Source: Minisyncoccota bacterium (GTDB lineage Bacteria > Patescibacteriota > Minisyncoccia > Phycocordibacterales > UBA5272). Taken from it: 49,598 bases of DNA. The position numbers were made by a program, and so were the translations under genes. The notes beneath the pieces are model-generated. The model saw only the letters and a program-made list of their open reading frames with translations, had not been told where the DNA came from and ran no database searches. Shown here one piece after another: positions 39,277-48,417 of this stretch (within the stretch, counting starts at the first letter, position 1; the number at the start of each line of letters is the position of its first letter). Location: NCBI GenBank assembly GCA_035905815.1, contig JAMIGE010000033.1, forward strand, positions 1 to 49,598. Direction: 5' to 3'.

Positions 39277-39583
39277 CAACTTCAATCAAATAAAGGACGA
39301 GCTAAAAGCCAATAGTGCTGATTTCGAAATGCTACTATCAAAGCTGCCTACCACACACGAGATCGATAGATCAATCAAAAGGCAACCAATTGCATCGCCA
39401 TTCTTCAGGTGGATATTTGTTGGAGTGGCTGCCAGTGCTGCTGCATTTCTAATATCTGTATTTAATTTTAACTCTACCTCAAATAGCAGTACAGATATTA
39501 ATGCTGCAATATTAGCAGTTAATGAAGCAGCTAACACGAATAGAGTTGTAATTAACAGCTCAGTAATTAGTGACGAATTTTAA
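39266..39583 (+). CDS. Putative anti-sigma factor (single-pass membrane protein)
   Basis: It overlaps the sigma gene's stop by 11 nt. The central TM segment is FFRWIFVGVAASAAAFLISVF. The call rests on position only. Confidence 0.5.
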   Translation: MKSNNFNQIKDELKANSADFEMLLSKLPTTHEIDRSIKRQPIASPFFRWIFVGVAASAAAFLISVFNFNSTSNSSTDINAAILAVNEAANTNRVVINSSVISDEF

Positions 39584-39585
39584 AT

Positions 39586-40266
39586 ATGAAAAAGCTTTTA
39601 CTATCATCAATCTTAATATCAACATGTATAATCACTGCTAGCGCCGCGGCTAATACATCTGTTAAACTTAAAGTGCCAGAAAAGGTGACCTCTACTGCGA
39701 CTGTAGAGCAGGGCCAGTCAAATACTACGCTACGCGCCAGCACTACTACTACAGCTACTGATACTGATCAGGATTTGCCTTCACATTTGGATAGAGCAAC
39801 TAGCACTAAAATTTGTGAAGACGTTAAGACTAAAATCGATGCAAAGGTAGCCGCTCTTAATGAATTTACTGAGAATGAGAAGGACAAAGTTGGTAATGTA
39901 ATTGAAAAGCTTGATAAGATTAAACTGATTGCTGATGATAAGTTAAAAGATGAAGACTTGGTAGCAGAGGTTCAAGACCGCCAAGATACAGTCAGTGATA
40001 TGCTGGATAAATTTGTAGCTGTAGAGATTAACTATGTTACTAAAATTTCAGACATTAAAAAGGTTAACTGCTCTACAAATTTAAAAGATGCAAAGAAAAA
40101 AATCGAGGACTCTAGAGTTGATCATAAGTCTTTAGTCGCATCAAATGATGATTTGCATAATTATATTTCTAAAGACGTAAAGCAAACTATAGATAAAGTT
40201 AAAGACAGTGTAGACAAGAATAAAGGTATACTAGGTATAATCAAAAGCTTCATAAGTGGAAATTAA
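39586..40266 (+). CDS. Secreted coiled-coil protein, hypothetical
   Basis: The signal peptide is MKKLLLSSILISTCIITASAAA. The body is Lys/Asp-rich and helical. Confidence 0.55.
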   Translation: MKKLLLSSILISTCIITASAAANTSVKLKVPEKVTSTATVEQGQSNTTLRASTTTTATDTDQDLPSHLDRATSTKICEDVKTKIDAKVAALNEFTENEKDKVGNVIEKLDKIKLIADDKLKDEDLVAEVQDRQDTVSDMLDKFVAVEINYVTKISDIKKVNCSTNLKDAKKKIEDSRVDHKSLVASNDDLHNYISKDVKQTIDKVKDSVDKNKGILGIIKSFISGN

Positions 40267-40304
40267 GATTGACAATAGATTGTATTCTTGTATAATTATA
40301 GTCT

Positions 40305-41213
40305 ATGAAAATAAATACAGCTAACCAGCATTTGGTGGCTACTAGAGCCACTAATAATGCTAAGACAATTATGCTTATGGGTGCCATGGCGCTGATAATA
40401 GTATTCTTTGGATTTACTGCTAGTGTGTCGACTGGGAATAGTACTTATCTATGGGGCGCAATTATTGGATCTGCACTTTTGAATATTTTCTCTTACTTTT
40501 TCTCATCGTCTATTGCGCTCTCTCAAAGTGGTGCGGTATTAGCAGATCAAAATAAATATCCTGATTATTATGAGTCCGTCTCTGCTATGGCTCGTGACTA
40601 TGACCTTCCTATGCCAAAGCTTTATGTAATTAATGATCCTTCACCGAATGCATTTGCTACTGGCCGCAATGCCAAGAATGCATCTGTCGCTGTCACTACT
40701 GGACTACTTGCTATGCTAGGCAAAGCTGAGTTAGAAGGCGTATTAGCACATGAGCTTACACATATTAAGAACAAAGACATGCTGGTCATGACTACCGTAG
40801 TTGTTATGTCGGGCGTACTTACAATGTTTGCGCATATTGGACTTAATAGCGCAATATCCTCTAGAGGATCTGACCGCGATAATGGTAGTGCAGGACTTGC
40901 ACTAGCAATTGGACTAATTGCAAGTATAGTACTACCGCTAGCCGCTACAATAGTGCAGATGACGATCTCTAGAAAGCGTGAATTCATGGCTGATGCTGGC
41001 GCAGGACTACTTACTGGCCATCCAGAGGCGTTGGCTAGTGCCTTAGCCAAGATTGGAGGCTATACGCAGCCCCTACAGCGTGCTAGCGAGTCTACAGCTC
41101 ACCTATATATATCCTGCCCATTTGGAGGCAATGTAAAGGCACAAAGCTTCTTCCAAAAGCTATTCATGACCCATCCCCCAATCGAGGATAGAATCAAAGC
41201 ACTTGTTGGGTAG
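40305..41213 (+). CDS. htpX: Membrane zinc metalloprotease HtpX (M48)
   Basis: Contains HELTHIKNKD (HExxH) and several TM segments. The promoter is TTGACA (40269-74), 16-nt spacer, TATAAT (40291-96), 8 nt before the ATG. Confidence 0.88.
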   Translation: MKINTANQHLVATRATNNAKTIMLMGAMALIIVFFGFTASVSTGNSTYLWGAIIGSALLNIFSYFFSSSIALSQSGAVLADQNKYPDYYESVSAMARDYDLPMPKLYVINDPSPNAFATGRNAKNASVAVTTGLLAMLGKAELEGVLAHELTHIKNKDMLVMTTVVVMSGVLTMFAHIGLNSAISSRGSDRDNGSAGLALAIGLIASIVLPLAATIVQMTISRKREFMADAGAGLLTGHPEALASALAKIGGYTQPLQRASESTAHLYISCPFGGNVKAQSFFQKLFMTHPPIEDRIKALVG

Positions 41214-41242
41214 TGTATTTTGTAAACAAATCTATATAACTT

Positions 41243-41279
41243 AAAACATCTGTAGCGAAACTACAGATGTTTTAGTTTG
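41243..41279. terminator. Bidirectional hairpin terminator between htpX and tRNA-Val
   Basis: AAAACATCTGTAG-CGAAA-CTACAGATGTTTT. Confidence 0.75.
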
Positions 41280-41355
41280 TGGTGGGCGATAGAGGAGTCG
41301 AACCTCTGACATCCACAACGTCAATGTGGCGCTCTACCAACTGAGCTAACCGCCC
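41280..41355 (-). tRNA. tRNA-Val (anticodon GAC), CCA encoded
   Basis: The reverse complement is GGGCGGT-TA-GCTC-AGTTGGTA-GAGC-G-CCACA-TTGACGT-TGTGG-ATGTC-AGAGG-TTCGACT-CCTCT-ATCGCCC-A-CCA. Confidence 0.95.
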
Positions 41356-41475
41356 GCGCTAGTCCTTATTAGTACTAGAACTTTATTTTAGCAAAAATAT
41401 CAAATTAGATACATATTGACAAAATCCCATAAAGTAGTATAATTAGATTAATTGAACTTTTAGGAGAGAACTATT

Positions 41476-41856
41476 ATGCAAACTGCATACTCGCTTCCAA
41501 CAAATTTGTTTGGCGCAAGTGGAAAGCTAGACTACGATGTGGCAATTGCCTTCGCTTGTAGTGGTGATAAGGCAGAGCGACATGCGAAATGGAGTCTTTT
41601 GAAAAGGACACTTCACCAATCACTTTTTGAAGCACTGAAGGCGGAGGCAGCTCGCCGTCGCAAGTCAGCTGCGAGGAAGAAAAGCTCTTGCAAAGCAGCA
41701 AGACCTCGCGCAAAGCGAAAAGCGTTTGAAAGCGAAATCCAAGGAATTGAAGATCAAATTGAGTTCCTTGAGCTGAAGAGGCGGGTTGTGGAAGTGGAAA
41801 TGGAGATGTACTTTCTTTCGCTGGAAGCGAATGAGCACATCTGTGCAATTGATTAA
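41476..41856 (+). CDS. Hypothetical basic protein, GC-richer
   Basis: A 126-aa ORF. AGGAG (41462-66) lies 9 nt before the ATG. There is an Arg/Lys-rich centre, and the C-terminus carries SLEANEH. Confidence 0.5.
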   Translation: MQTAYSLPTNLFGASGKLDYDVAIAFACSGDKAERHAKWSLLKRTLHQSLFEALKAEAARRRKSAARKKSSCKAARPRAKRKAFESEIQGIEDQIEFLELKRRVVEVEMEMYFLSLEANEHICAID

Positions 41857-41870
41857 AAATGTACGACCTG

Positions 41871-41898
41871 AAGGCCGGGGAACCGGCCTTTTCTTTTT
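41871..41898 (+). terminator. Intrinsic terminator
   Basis: AAGGCCGG-GGAA-CCGGCCTT is followed by TTCTTTTT. Confidence 0.85.
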
Positions 41899-42061
41899 GG
41901 TCAAAATGTGATATAGTGTTAGCAATTAAATAGTTACATATTTAAGCTTATTAAAATTAATTTAGCGATGTATGCAGAACTTAAGTAAAATATTAGTAGT
42001 ATAAATATATACTGACTAACTATATTACAAATCAAATCTGCAATCATGCTATCTCAAACAT

Positions 42062-42613
42062 ATGAAAACAGTTAAAAATTTAGAAATTGAAGCAGCTCCA
42101 ACCCTTATGAAGGAGTTCGGGTTTAAGAATGTAATGCAAGCTCCAAAGCTTACAAAGATAGTTATATCTTCGGCTACTGGTACTGGTATGAAGAAGGACA
42201 GACACAGGAATGATTTAGTGGTGGACAGACTAGCCAAGATTACAGGTCAGAAGCCATCAATACGTAGCGCAAAGCAATCTGTGGCATCATTTAAAATCAG
42301 AGAAGGTGATAAGATCGGAGTAGCGGTTACACTACGTGGTGCTAAAATGCATGCATTTATTGACAAGCTAATACATATTGCATTACCACGTACAAAGGAC
42401 TTCCGTGGACTAGATAAGAAGGGAGTGGATGCTATGGGTAACTATACTTTTGGAATCAAAGAGCAGACAATTTTCCCTGAAATTCGTGATGAAGAGTTAA
42501 AGGATGTGTTCAGTATGGGTGTAACACTGGTCACAACAGCAAAGAATAAAGAGGTGGCTACTAGATATTTAGAATTAATTGGTATTCCTTTTAAGACTGA
42601 GTCTTCTAACTAG
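42062..42613 (+). CDS. rplE: 50S ribosomal protein L5
   Basis: SFKIREGDKIGVAVTLRGAKMHAFIDKLIHIALPRTKDFRGL and NYTFGIKEQTIFPEI align with L5 from memory. Confidence 0.9.
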   Translation: MKTVKNLEIEAAPTLMKEFGFKNVMQAPKLTKIVISSATGTGMKKDRHRNDLVVDRLAKITGQKPSIRSAKQSVASFKIREGDKIGVAVTLRGAKMHAFIDKLIHIALPRTKDFRGLDKKGVDAMGNYTFGIKEQTIFPEIRDEELKDVFSMGVTLVTTAKNKEVATRYLELIGIPFKTESSN

Positions 42614-42675
42614 TATTTATACTATCATAATATAGATACATAAATAATTAACTATGTATCAGAGCAAAGCTCACA

Positions 42676-42712
42676 AACTAAAATCCTCGCACTTGCGAGG
42701 ATTTTAGTTTTG
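42676..42712 (+). terminator. Intrinsic terminator
   Basis: AACTAAAATCCTCGC-ACTT-GCGAGGATTTTAGTT is followed by TT. Confidence 0.8.
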
Positions 42713-42767
42713 GTATAGAATGTATTAAGGCTCGCGATGGCGAGTATTTACTTTTAAGGAGAAGAAA

Positions 42768-43052
42768 TTGTCTACGCATACGAAATCAAGAATTTTTGAC
42801 AAACTAGAAAGGCAGCTAAATCCAATGCTATGGTCGGAATTATTAAATAAAGATGCCGATACGATAGTGCTATGGAGAATAGACGAAAAGTGGAGACTTG
42901 TCGCAGCAACTCTATGGATGGAAGAGGATAACTTCAAAAAGCTTGGCAATAGTCCGAGCGCAGGAGACCTTGCGCGATTAGTAGTTAACTGGCAAAGGTC
43001 GAAAGACTTGACCACCGACCCAAAGATGGACAAACTGTCCACAAAGATTTAG
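42768..43052 (+). CDS. Hypothetical protein, GC-richer
   Basis: A 94-aa ORF with a TTG start 6 nt after AAGGAG (42756-61) and its own terminator. Confidence 0.45.
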   Translation: MSTHTKSRIFDKLERQLNPMLWSELLNKDADTIVLWRIDEKWRLVAATLWMEEDNFKKLGNSPSAGDLARLVVNWQRSKDLTTDPKMDKLSTKI

Positions 43053-43098
43053 TTTACTCAATGTCGATATAGTTTGTTTTCTATTTAAATTGAATTAC

Positions 43099-43127
43099 AA
43101 AAGCGGACGCTAGTCCGCTTTTTACTT
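43099..43127 (+). terminator. Intrinsic terminator
   Basis: AGCGGAC-GCTA-GTCCGCT is followed by TTTT. Confidence 0.8.
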
Positions 43128-43154
43128 TGTGTTAATTGTGCTAAAGTATATAGT

Positions 43155-43958
43155 ATGAAGCGCCAAAATAATATTTTAAAGGCAAAACCAAATACTGCCG
43201 ATTTTAATAACAAATCTAATGACAGTGTCAGCCCTAGTGATAGTATTAGTGGCATGGGAACTTTGTACGTAGTGGCTACGCCAATTGGTAATCTGGAGGA
43301 TATAACTTTGAGAGCTGTTAGAACTTTAAAGGAATCAGAATTAATACTATGCGAGAATGTGAGTGAAGCCAGTAGACTGCTAAAGCATTATGAAGTATCT
43401 ACTCCCACTACGAATTACTTTGCTAATTCTAAAATTTCAAAACTAGATAAAATTATGGATATGCTGGCAGATGGTAAAGTTATTTCGCTAATTAGCGATG
43501 CTGGCACTCCTGCAGTATCAGATCCTGGCGCAATGCTAATACACGAAATCCGCACTCATTTGCCTGATGTGAAAATAATAACGATACCCGGAGCGTCTGC
43601 AGTCACAGCAGCATTTAGCATTTCAGGAGTATATGGGAATAATTTTCTATTCCTAGGATTTGCACCGCAAAAGAAGGGTAGAGAGACATTCTTTAATGAG
43701 CTTGCTGATTCTAAGTATAATGTAGTGTTTTACGAAAGTGTGCACAGAATTGAAAAGTGCCTCCAGAATATTAAGAGCTCATTAGAGTCTAAATATAGTA
43801 ATGATCAAGTATCAACGCGTAAAATAATAGTTGCTAGAGAGCTTACAAAAATATATGAGCAAGCTGTTACTGGTAATATATACGAAATAATCGATTACTT
43901 TACAAATAATAAAGACAAAGTAAGAGGCGAGTTTGTAGTAATAGTGGAAGGTATATAA
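43155..43958 (+). CDS. rsmI: 16S rRNA (cytidine1402-2'-O)-methyltransferase
   Basis: TLYVVATPIGNLEDITLRAVRTLKESELILCE and ISDAGTPAVSDPG fit the tetrapyrrole-methylase fold, RsmI family. Confidence 0.85.
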   Translation: MKRQNNILKAKPNTADFNNKSNDSVSPSDSISGMGTLYVVATPIGNLEDITLRAVRTLKESELILCENVSEASRLLKHYEVSTPTTNYFANSKISKLDKIMDMLADGKVISLISDAGTPAVSDPGAMLIHEIRTHLPDVKIITIPGASAVTAAFSISGVYGNNFLFLGFAPQKKGRETFFNELADSKYNVVFYESVHRIEKCLQNIKSSLESKYSNDQVSTRKIIVARELTKIYEQAVTGNIYEIIDYFTNNKDKVRGEFVVIVEGI

Positions 43959-43984
43959 TATGTGCTATTATATTAAAAATAAAC

Positions 43985-45337
43985 ATGAGTAAATACAAAA
44001 TTATTGGCGGAAGGAAGCTGTCTGGTGAAATTAAAATACAAGGTGCCAAAAATGAGGCCTTACAAATAATCTGCGCATCGCTATTAACAGAGGAGAAAGT
44101 TACAATTCATAATGTGCCTGATATACTAGATGTGCGTAATCTGTACAAGATATTAGAACTTTCTGGTGCAATTGTAAATTTTGAAAATGGTACTCTAACA
44201 ATTGAGTGTAAGAATATCAAAGATAATTTTTTCATTAGTGAGGAGTGGATGAGTGCGGCAGGTAAGCTGAGAGGCTCACTTATGCTGCTAGGACCCGCGC
44301 TTGCCAGGTTTAAAAAAGTAAAGGTGCCAATCTTTGGTGGTGATAAAATTGGTAAAAGACCAATAGATACCCATTTGGATGGATTTGTTAAGCTAGGTTA
44401 CTCTTATTCTGACGGTGCGCTCTATTACGATGAAAGTAATTTCAAGAATGTGAATACTTATCCAATAATTTTAGAAGAACCATCAGTCACAGGTACGGCC
44501 AATATTTTATTAGCAGCAGCACATTCAGAAAAGGCCGTAGTAATATACAACGCTGCATGTGAGCCATATATAGAGCAACTATGCAAATTGCTTAGAAGCA
44601 TGGGCGCCAAGATAGCTGGCGACTCTACTAATAGATTAAATGTGATTGGTACTAGCAAACTTTCTGGTGCAGTACATACAGTCCTACCTGACTTTGTAGA
44701 GGTGGCGTCATTTGTATCATTGGCAGCAATCACCAATTCACAAATTATTATAAAGGGTATAAAGTATTACAATACAGATGATATAAACGTAGATAATATA
44801 GGACAGACCCTGATACCTTTTAAAAAGCTAGGTATAAACTTTAATATAATTGAAAATGAAATAGCAAAAAATGTGTTTGAGTCTAGTATACAGATGCTAG
44901 ATAATACGAAGTATATAGTTAGCACCTTTTCATCTGGAGAAGTATTGCATATATATGATGCGCCTTGGCCAAATATTAGCCCTGATATATTATCAGTATT
45001 ACTAACTGTGGCGCTGCAAGCTAAAGGTACTGTACTTATACATCAAAAGATGTTTGAAAGTAGACTATACTTTGTAGACAAGCTTATCGGCATGGGTGCA
45101 CAAATTATACTTTGCGATCCGCATCGCGCGATTGTAGTTGGCCTAAATAGAAAGAAAAAATTAACAGGTACAAAGCTAGAAAGTCCAGATATTAGAGCAG
45201 GTATGGCACTGCTTATAGCAGCTATCTCTGCAGAAGGTGAATCAATAATTAGTAACGCTGATCAAATTGAAAGAGGATACGAGAACATATTAGCCAGACT
45301 GCAATCCTTAGGTGTACAGATTGAGCAAGTTAGCTAG
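43985..45337 (+). CDS. murA: UDP-N-acetylglucosamine 1-carboxyvinyltransferase, Asp in place of the catalytic Cys
   Basis: Contains KIQGAKNEAL. The active-site loop is FGGDKIGKRPID, compared with E. coli GGCTIGARPVD. D120 is encoded by GAT at 44342-44344. Confidence 0.9.
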   Translation: MSKYKIIGGRKLSGEIKIQGAKNEALQIICASLLTEEKVTIHNVPDILDVRNLYKILELSGAIVNFENGTLTIECKNIKDNFFISEEWMSAAGKLRGSLMLLGPALARFKKVKVPIFGGDKIGKRPIDTHLDGFVKLGYSYSDGALYYDESNFKNVNTYPIILEEPSVTGTANILLAAAHSEKAVVIYNAACEPYIEQLCKLLRSMGAKIAGDSTNRLNVIGTSKLSGAVHTVLPDFVEVASFVSLAAITNSQIIIKGIKYYNTDDINVDNIGQTLIPFKKLGINFNIIENEIAKNVFESSIQMLDNTKYIVSTFSSGEVLHIYDAPWPNISPDILSVLLTVALQAKGTVLIHQKMFESRLYFVDKLIGMGAQIILCDPHRAIVVGLNRKKKLTGTKLESPDIRAGMALLIAAISAEGESIISNADQIERGYENILARLQSLGVQIEQVS

Positions 45338-45463
45338 CGCAAATTTACCGAGAGTGTTTTAAATGATACTCTGTAATGACTTACTAATATATTACTTCTG
45401 GTATTAAGGCTGTGATGCAAGACATCTGCTTGCAAAGACTTTATAGTAGTGTATTATAAAGTA

Positions 45464-46762
45464 ATGAAGAAGTCAGATATTAAATTTGCGGATATCCCAG
45501 ATGCGCCCGGTGTGTACTTCTTTCGTGATACCAATAATAGCGGAGATAAAGACGGGGCAATATTATACATCGGTAAAGCGACAAGTCTAAGAAATAGAAT
45601 TAAGAGCTATTTCGATCGTGATTTAGTAGAAAAGCGTGGGCTCAAAATTGTAAACATGGTATTAGCTGCTAATCATATTACATACGAGACTACTCAGAAT
45701 GTTTTGGAGGCGCTACTGTATGAGTCATATCTAATTAAGCAGCATTTGCCGCTATTCAATACCAAAGAGAAAGACAACAAGTCGTATACTTCAGTAGTAA
45801 TTACCAAAGAAGAGTACCCTAGAGTACTTATTATGCGTATCAGAGAGTTTGAGAAAGTATTCAACAAAAGCGATCTGGATGTGGTGTACGGACCGTTTAC
45901 GAGTGCTCAAGGCCTGCGCGATATCATGCGCATAGTGCGCAAAATATTCCCTTATAGGGACAAATGCGAGCCAGGGCAGGGCAAGTTATGCTTCAATGCG
46001 CAGATAGGGCTATGTCCAGGCTGTTGTAATGATGCAATTAGTTCCAGTGATTATAAGAATTATAGTATTAAGAATATTAAAAAGCTATTCGAAGGAAGAC
46101 ATAAAGAAATTAGAAAATCATTAGAGCATGACATGCATGAATATGCAAAAAATGAAAAGTTTGAACTGGCGGCCAAACTTCGAAATACTCTATGGGCTAT
46201 GGATCACGTGAATGATGTTGCGCTTATTAAGAATGAAAACATAGAAAGCTTTAGGGATAAAAAATTTAGAATTGAAAGTTATGATGTGGCACACATGTCT
46301 GGTAAAAGTAGGGTAGGAGTTATGACAGTAATAGAGGACGGCAAGATTAATAAGGCTGAATACAAAAAATTCAAACTAGAAGAAAGCACAAATGATGATT
46401 ATGCAGGTATAAGAGAAATGATATCCAGAAGGTTAGCGCATAATGATTGGCGACTACCGGACATAATAGTATTTGATGGTGGTAAAGCCCAAAAGCAAGT
46501 CGGAGATAGTGCTATTATAAACTTTGTCAAAGAGCATGAATCACATACAAATAATATTGATTACCCAAATTTTAAGAATATACTAAGTATACAAACAGTA
46601 AGCGTAGTCAAAGATGATAAGCATAAAGCAAAAGATATATTAGGAGACGAAAAGATTATTAAGGAATTCAAAGACCAGATACTGCTTGCAAATAGTGAAG
46701 CACATAGATTTGCAATAAAGTATCACAAAGAACTACGCGAGAAGAAGATGTTAAACAAGTAA
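45464..46762 (+). CDS. uvrC: Excinuclease ABC subunit C, short form lacking the C-terminal (HhH)2
   Basis: The GIY-YIG domain is GVYFF...ILYIGKATSLRNRIKSYF. There is a Cys cluster, a UVR-like helix KFELAAKLRN, and the endonuclease domain RIESYDVAHMSG. An ATG at 45464 is preferred over the track's GTG at 45449 because TATTAT (45452-57) lies 6 nt upstream of it. Confidence 0.8.
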   Translation: MKKSDIKFADIPDAPGVYFFRDTNNSGDKDGAILYIGKATSLRNRIKSYFDRDLVEKRGLKIVNMVLAANHITYETTQNVLEALLYESYLIKQHLPLFNTKEKDNKSYTSVVITKEEYPRVLIMRIREFEKVFNKSDLDVVYGPFTSAQGLRDIMRIVRKIFPYRDKCEPGQGKLCFNAQIGLCPGCCNDAISSSDYKNYSIKNIKKLFEGRHKEIRKSLEHDMHEYAKNEKFELAAKLRNTLWAMDHVNDVALIKNENIESFRDKKFRIESYDVAHMSGKSRVGVMTVIEDGKINKAEYKKFKLEESTNDDYAGIREMISRRLAHNDWRLPDIIVFDGGKAQKQVGDSAIINFVKEHESHTNNIDYPNFKNILSIQTVSVVKDDKHKAKDILGDEKIIKEFKDQILLANSEAHRFAIKYHKELREKKMLNK

Positions 46763-47036
46763 TATTTAGACTTACACTTACTAGTTTATGTATAGATACC
46801 TTAATAAAAATTATAACAATGTTAGAACTACATACATAAATAGCAATCACACCGAGAATTACTAACTGCGATTGCAAAGCATTTGCATTTACATATTTTG
46901 AGTTATCCACAGGTATATCACTTAAAATATATTGAAAATAATTTGTAGCATGACATAATTATAAATGAGAGTAATAGTGTGAAGGTCTTCACACAAATTA
47001 TTACCGGTAATGTACTCTCACATGTTTAACTAAAAT

Positions 47037-47207
47037 ATGGCAGTAGCTAAAAAAGCTGTTAAGAAAGCTGTTAAAAAAGTTGCAAAGAAGGTAGCTGTTA
47101 AAAAGGCAGTGAAGAAAGTTGCAAAGAAAGTAGCAGTGAAGAAGGCAGTTAAGAAGACAGTTAAAAAAGCTGTTAAGAAAGTTGCAAAGAAGACTTCAAA
47201 GAAGTAA
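47037..47207 (+). CDS. 56-aa Lys/Ala/Val-repeat basic protein (histone-H1-like nucleoid-protein candidate)
   Basis: My own translation gives MAVAKKAVKKAVKKVAKKVAVKKAVKKVAKKVAVKKAVKKTVKKAVKKVAKKTSKK. A plus-strand terminator follows it. The track lists only the mirror-image 73-aa F/L-rich ORF on the minus strand. Confidence 0.65.
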   Translation: MAVAKKAVKKAVKKVAKKVAVKKAVKKVAKKVAVKKAVKKTVKKAVKKVAKKTSKK

Positions 47208-47273
47208 TCTTGCAAATGCGCGTGATTGCGCAATATAAAACAATCTTTCATAAATTTATTTTTACTTTCACGG

Positions 47274-47305
47274 AATCGCTCGCGCTCGCGAGCGATTTTG
47301 TGTTA
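47274..47305 (+). terminator. Intrinsic terminator
   Basis: AATCGCTCGC pairs with GCGAGCGATT, followed by TTGTGTT. Confidence 0.7.
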
Positions 47306-47441
47306 TTACGACTATAGTAAAATTGCTTCTATGTGACATTATGTTTAATTTGCTGAAAAGCTGAAAAGAGGTCTTATTTGCAAATATTTAACAATTATAG
47401 TATTGTTTAGCTTGTTCTTTATAAACATGAAAGGAAGCTCT

Positions 47442-47744
47442 ATGATCACTTTGAATTTCCCACACGCTCAGAATGGGCATAAAGAAGAAGTATATGACGA
47501 CACTAATCCAGTAGCGCGCAAATCACTATGGGAAAAAGTTAAAGCATTTCTGGGTAGTGGTAAAAAACTGATACTGACAACATCTGAGGGTGGCAAAAAG
47601 GTTACAAGGCTAATTCAAGAATATGACCCCAAGACAAATGAATGGGTTTTGGCTGATCCTAACATAGAAGAGCCAAATCGTACCGTGACTGTGACCGCAA
47701 GAAGTACTTCACCTACACACCTGAGACCAATAACCGGAGGATGA
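47442..47744 (+). CDS. Hypothetical protein
   Basis: In-frame ATG at 47442, 5 nt after AAAGGAAG. The track start is at 47403. Confidence 0.5.
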   Translation: MITLNFPHAQNGHKEEVYDDTNPVARKSLWEKVKAFLGSGKKLILTTSEGGKKVTRLIQEYDPKTNEWVLADPNIEEPNRTVTVTARSTSPTHLRPITGG

Positions 47745-47747
47745 TGA

Positions 47748-48323
47748 ATGTCTGGACAAAGACTTCGACGTTCTCAGCGAGCTTTTGCGAAAGCTATGCT
47801 ATCTCTAGGTATTGAAGATCAGAGCGACAAAGAGCTATTCAACATTTTTCAACCTGAATCTGAAATCCATATTTCTAGTGCAAGGAAGAGACCTACCAAG
47901 GGTGAAACTTTTGTCTCACTTATTATCAGATCTTTAGAAGCAAATGAGCATAGCCATTCTGTTAAAGCTGAAAGGCGTGCTCAGAAGCTACTTCGAATGC
48001 ATATATCCAGAAAGCAGTGGGAGTCATATTTCATCAGTGGCGCATTTGTGGAATATTCAAGTTTTGGTAACTATTACATTTTTAGAAAGGGTTTCCCAAC
48101 AATTCTCTGCAAAGTAATTACTAAGAAGGGAAATAAAAAGCTGATTATTCCACAGTATGCACTATGTGGACATACGGGATTGTACACAATGGGTACATTC
48201 TCTGGTGGACTATGTCCAAGTGATGATGTGCTTATGCACCTTACATCTATGAGAGTCAATGAAGAAGAATACATAAATTCTTGTAACAAGCACAAGCTTT
48301 CGCAACCACAAAGTGGTTGCTAA
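47748..48323 (+). CDS. Hypothetical protein (contains SLEANEH)
   Basis: A 191-aa ORF. GGAGG (47736-40) lies 7 nt before the ATG. It starts 3 nt after the upstream stop, so the two form an operon. Confidence 0.55.
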   Translation: MSGQRLRRSQRAFAKAMLSLGIEDQSDKELFNIFQPESEIHISSARKRPTKGETFVSLIIRSLEANEHSHSVKAERRAQKLLRMHISRKQWESYFISGAFVEYSSFGNYYIFRKGFPTILCKVITKKGNKKLIIPQYALCGHTGLYTMGTFSGGLCPSDDVLMHLTSMRVNEEEYINSCNKHKLSQPQSGC

Positions 48324-48337
48324 TTTCAAGAGGCAAG

Positions 48338-48367
48338 CCGCAACGGAAAACGTTGCGGTTTTTATTT
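48338..48367 (+). terminator. Intrinsic terminator
   Basis: CCGCAACG-GAAAA-CGTTGCGG is followed by TTTTTATTT. Confidence 0.85.
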
Positions 48368-48417
48368 GATATTTTCTTGAATGTATGTTATAATTTGGTA
48401 CTAAATAAATACTTTAT

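Noticed and set aside
47030-47251. A 73-aa minus-strand ORF (FFATFLTAFLTVFL...).
   Set aside because: It is the mirror image of the plus-strand Lys-rich repeat gene. The plus-strand frame has an ATG and a downstream plus-oriented terminator. An F/L/T repeat is the expected antisense artefact of AAG/AAA-rich coding sequence.
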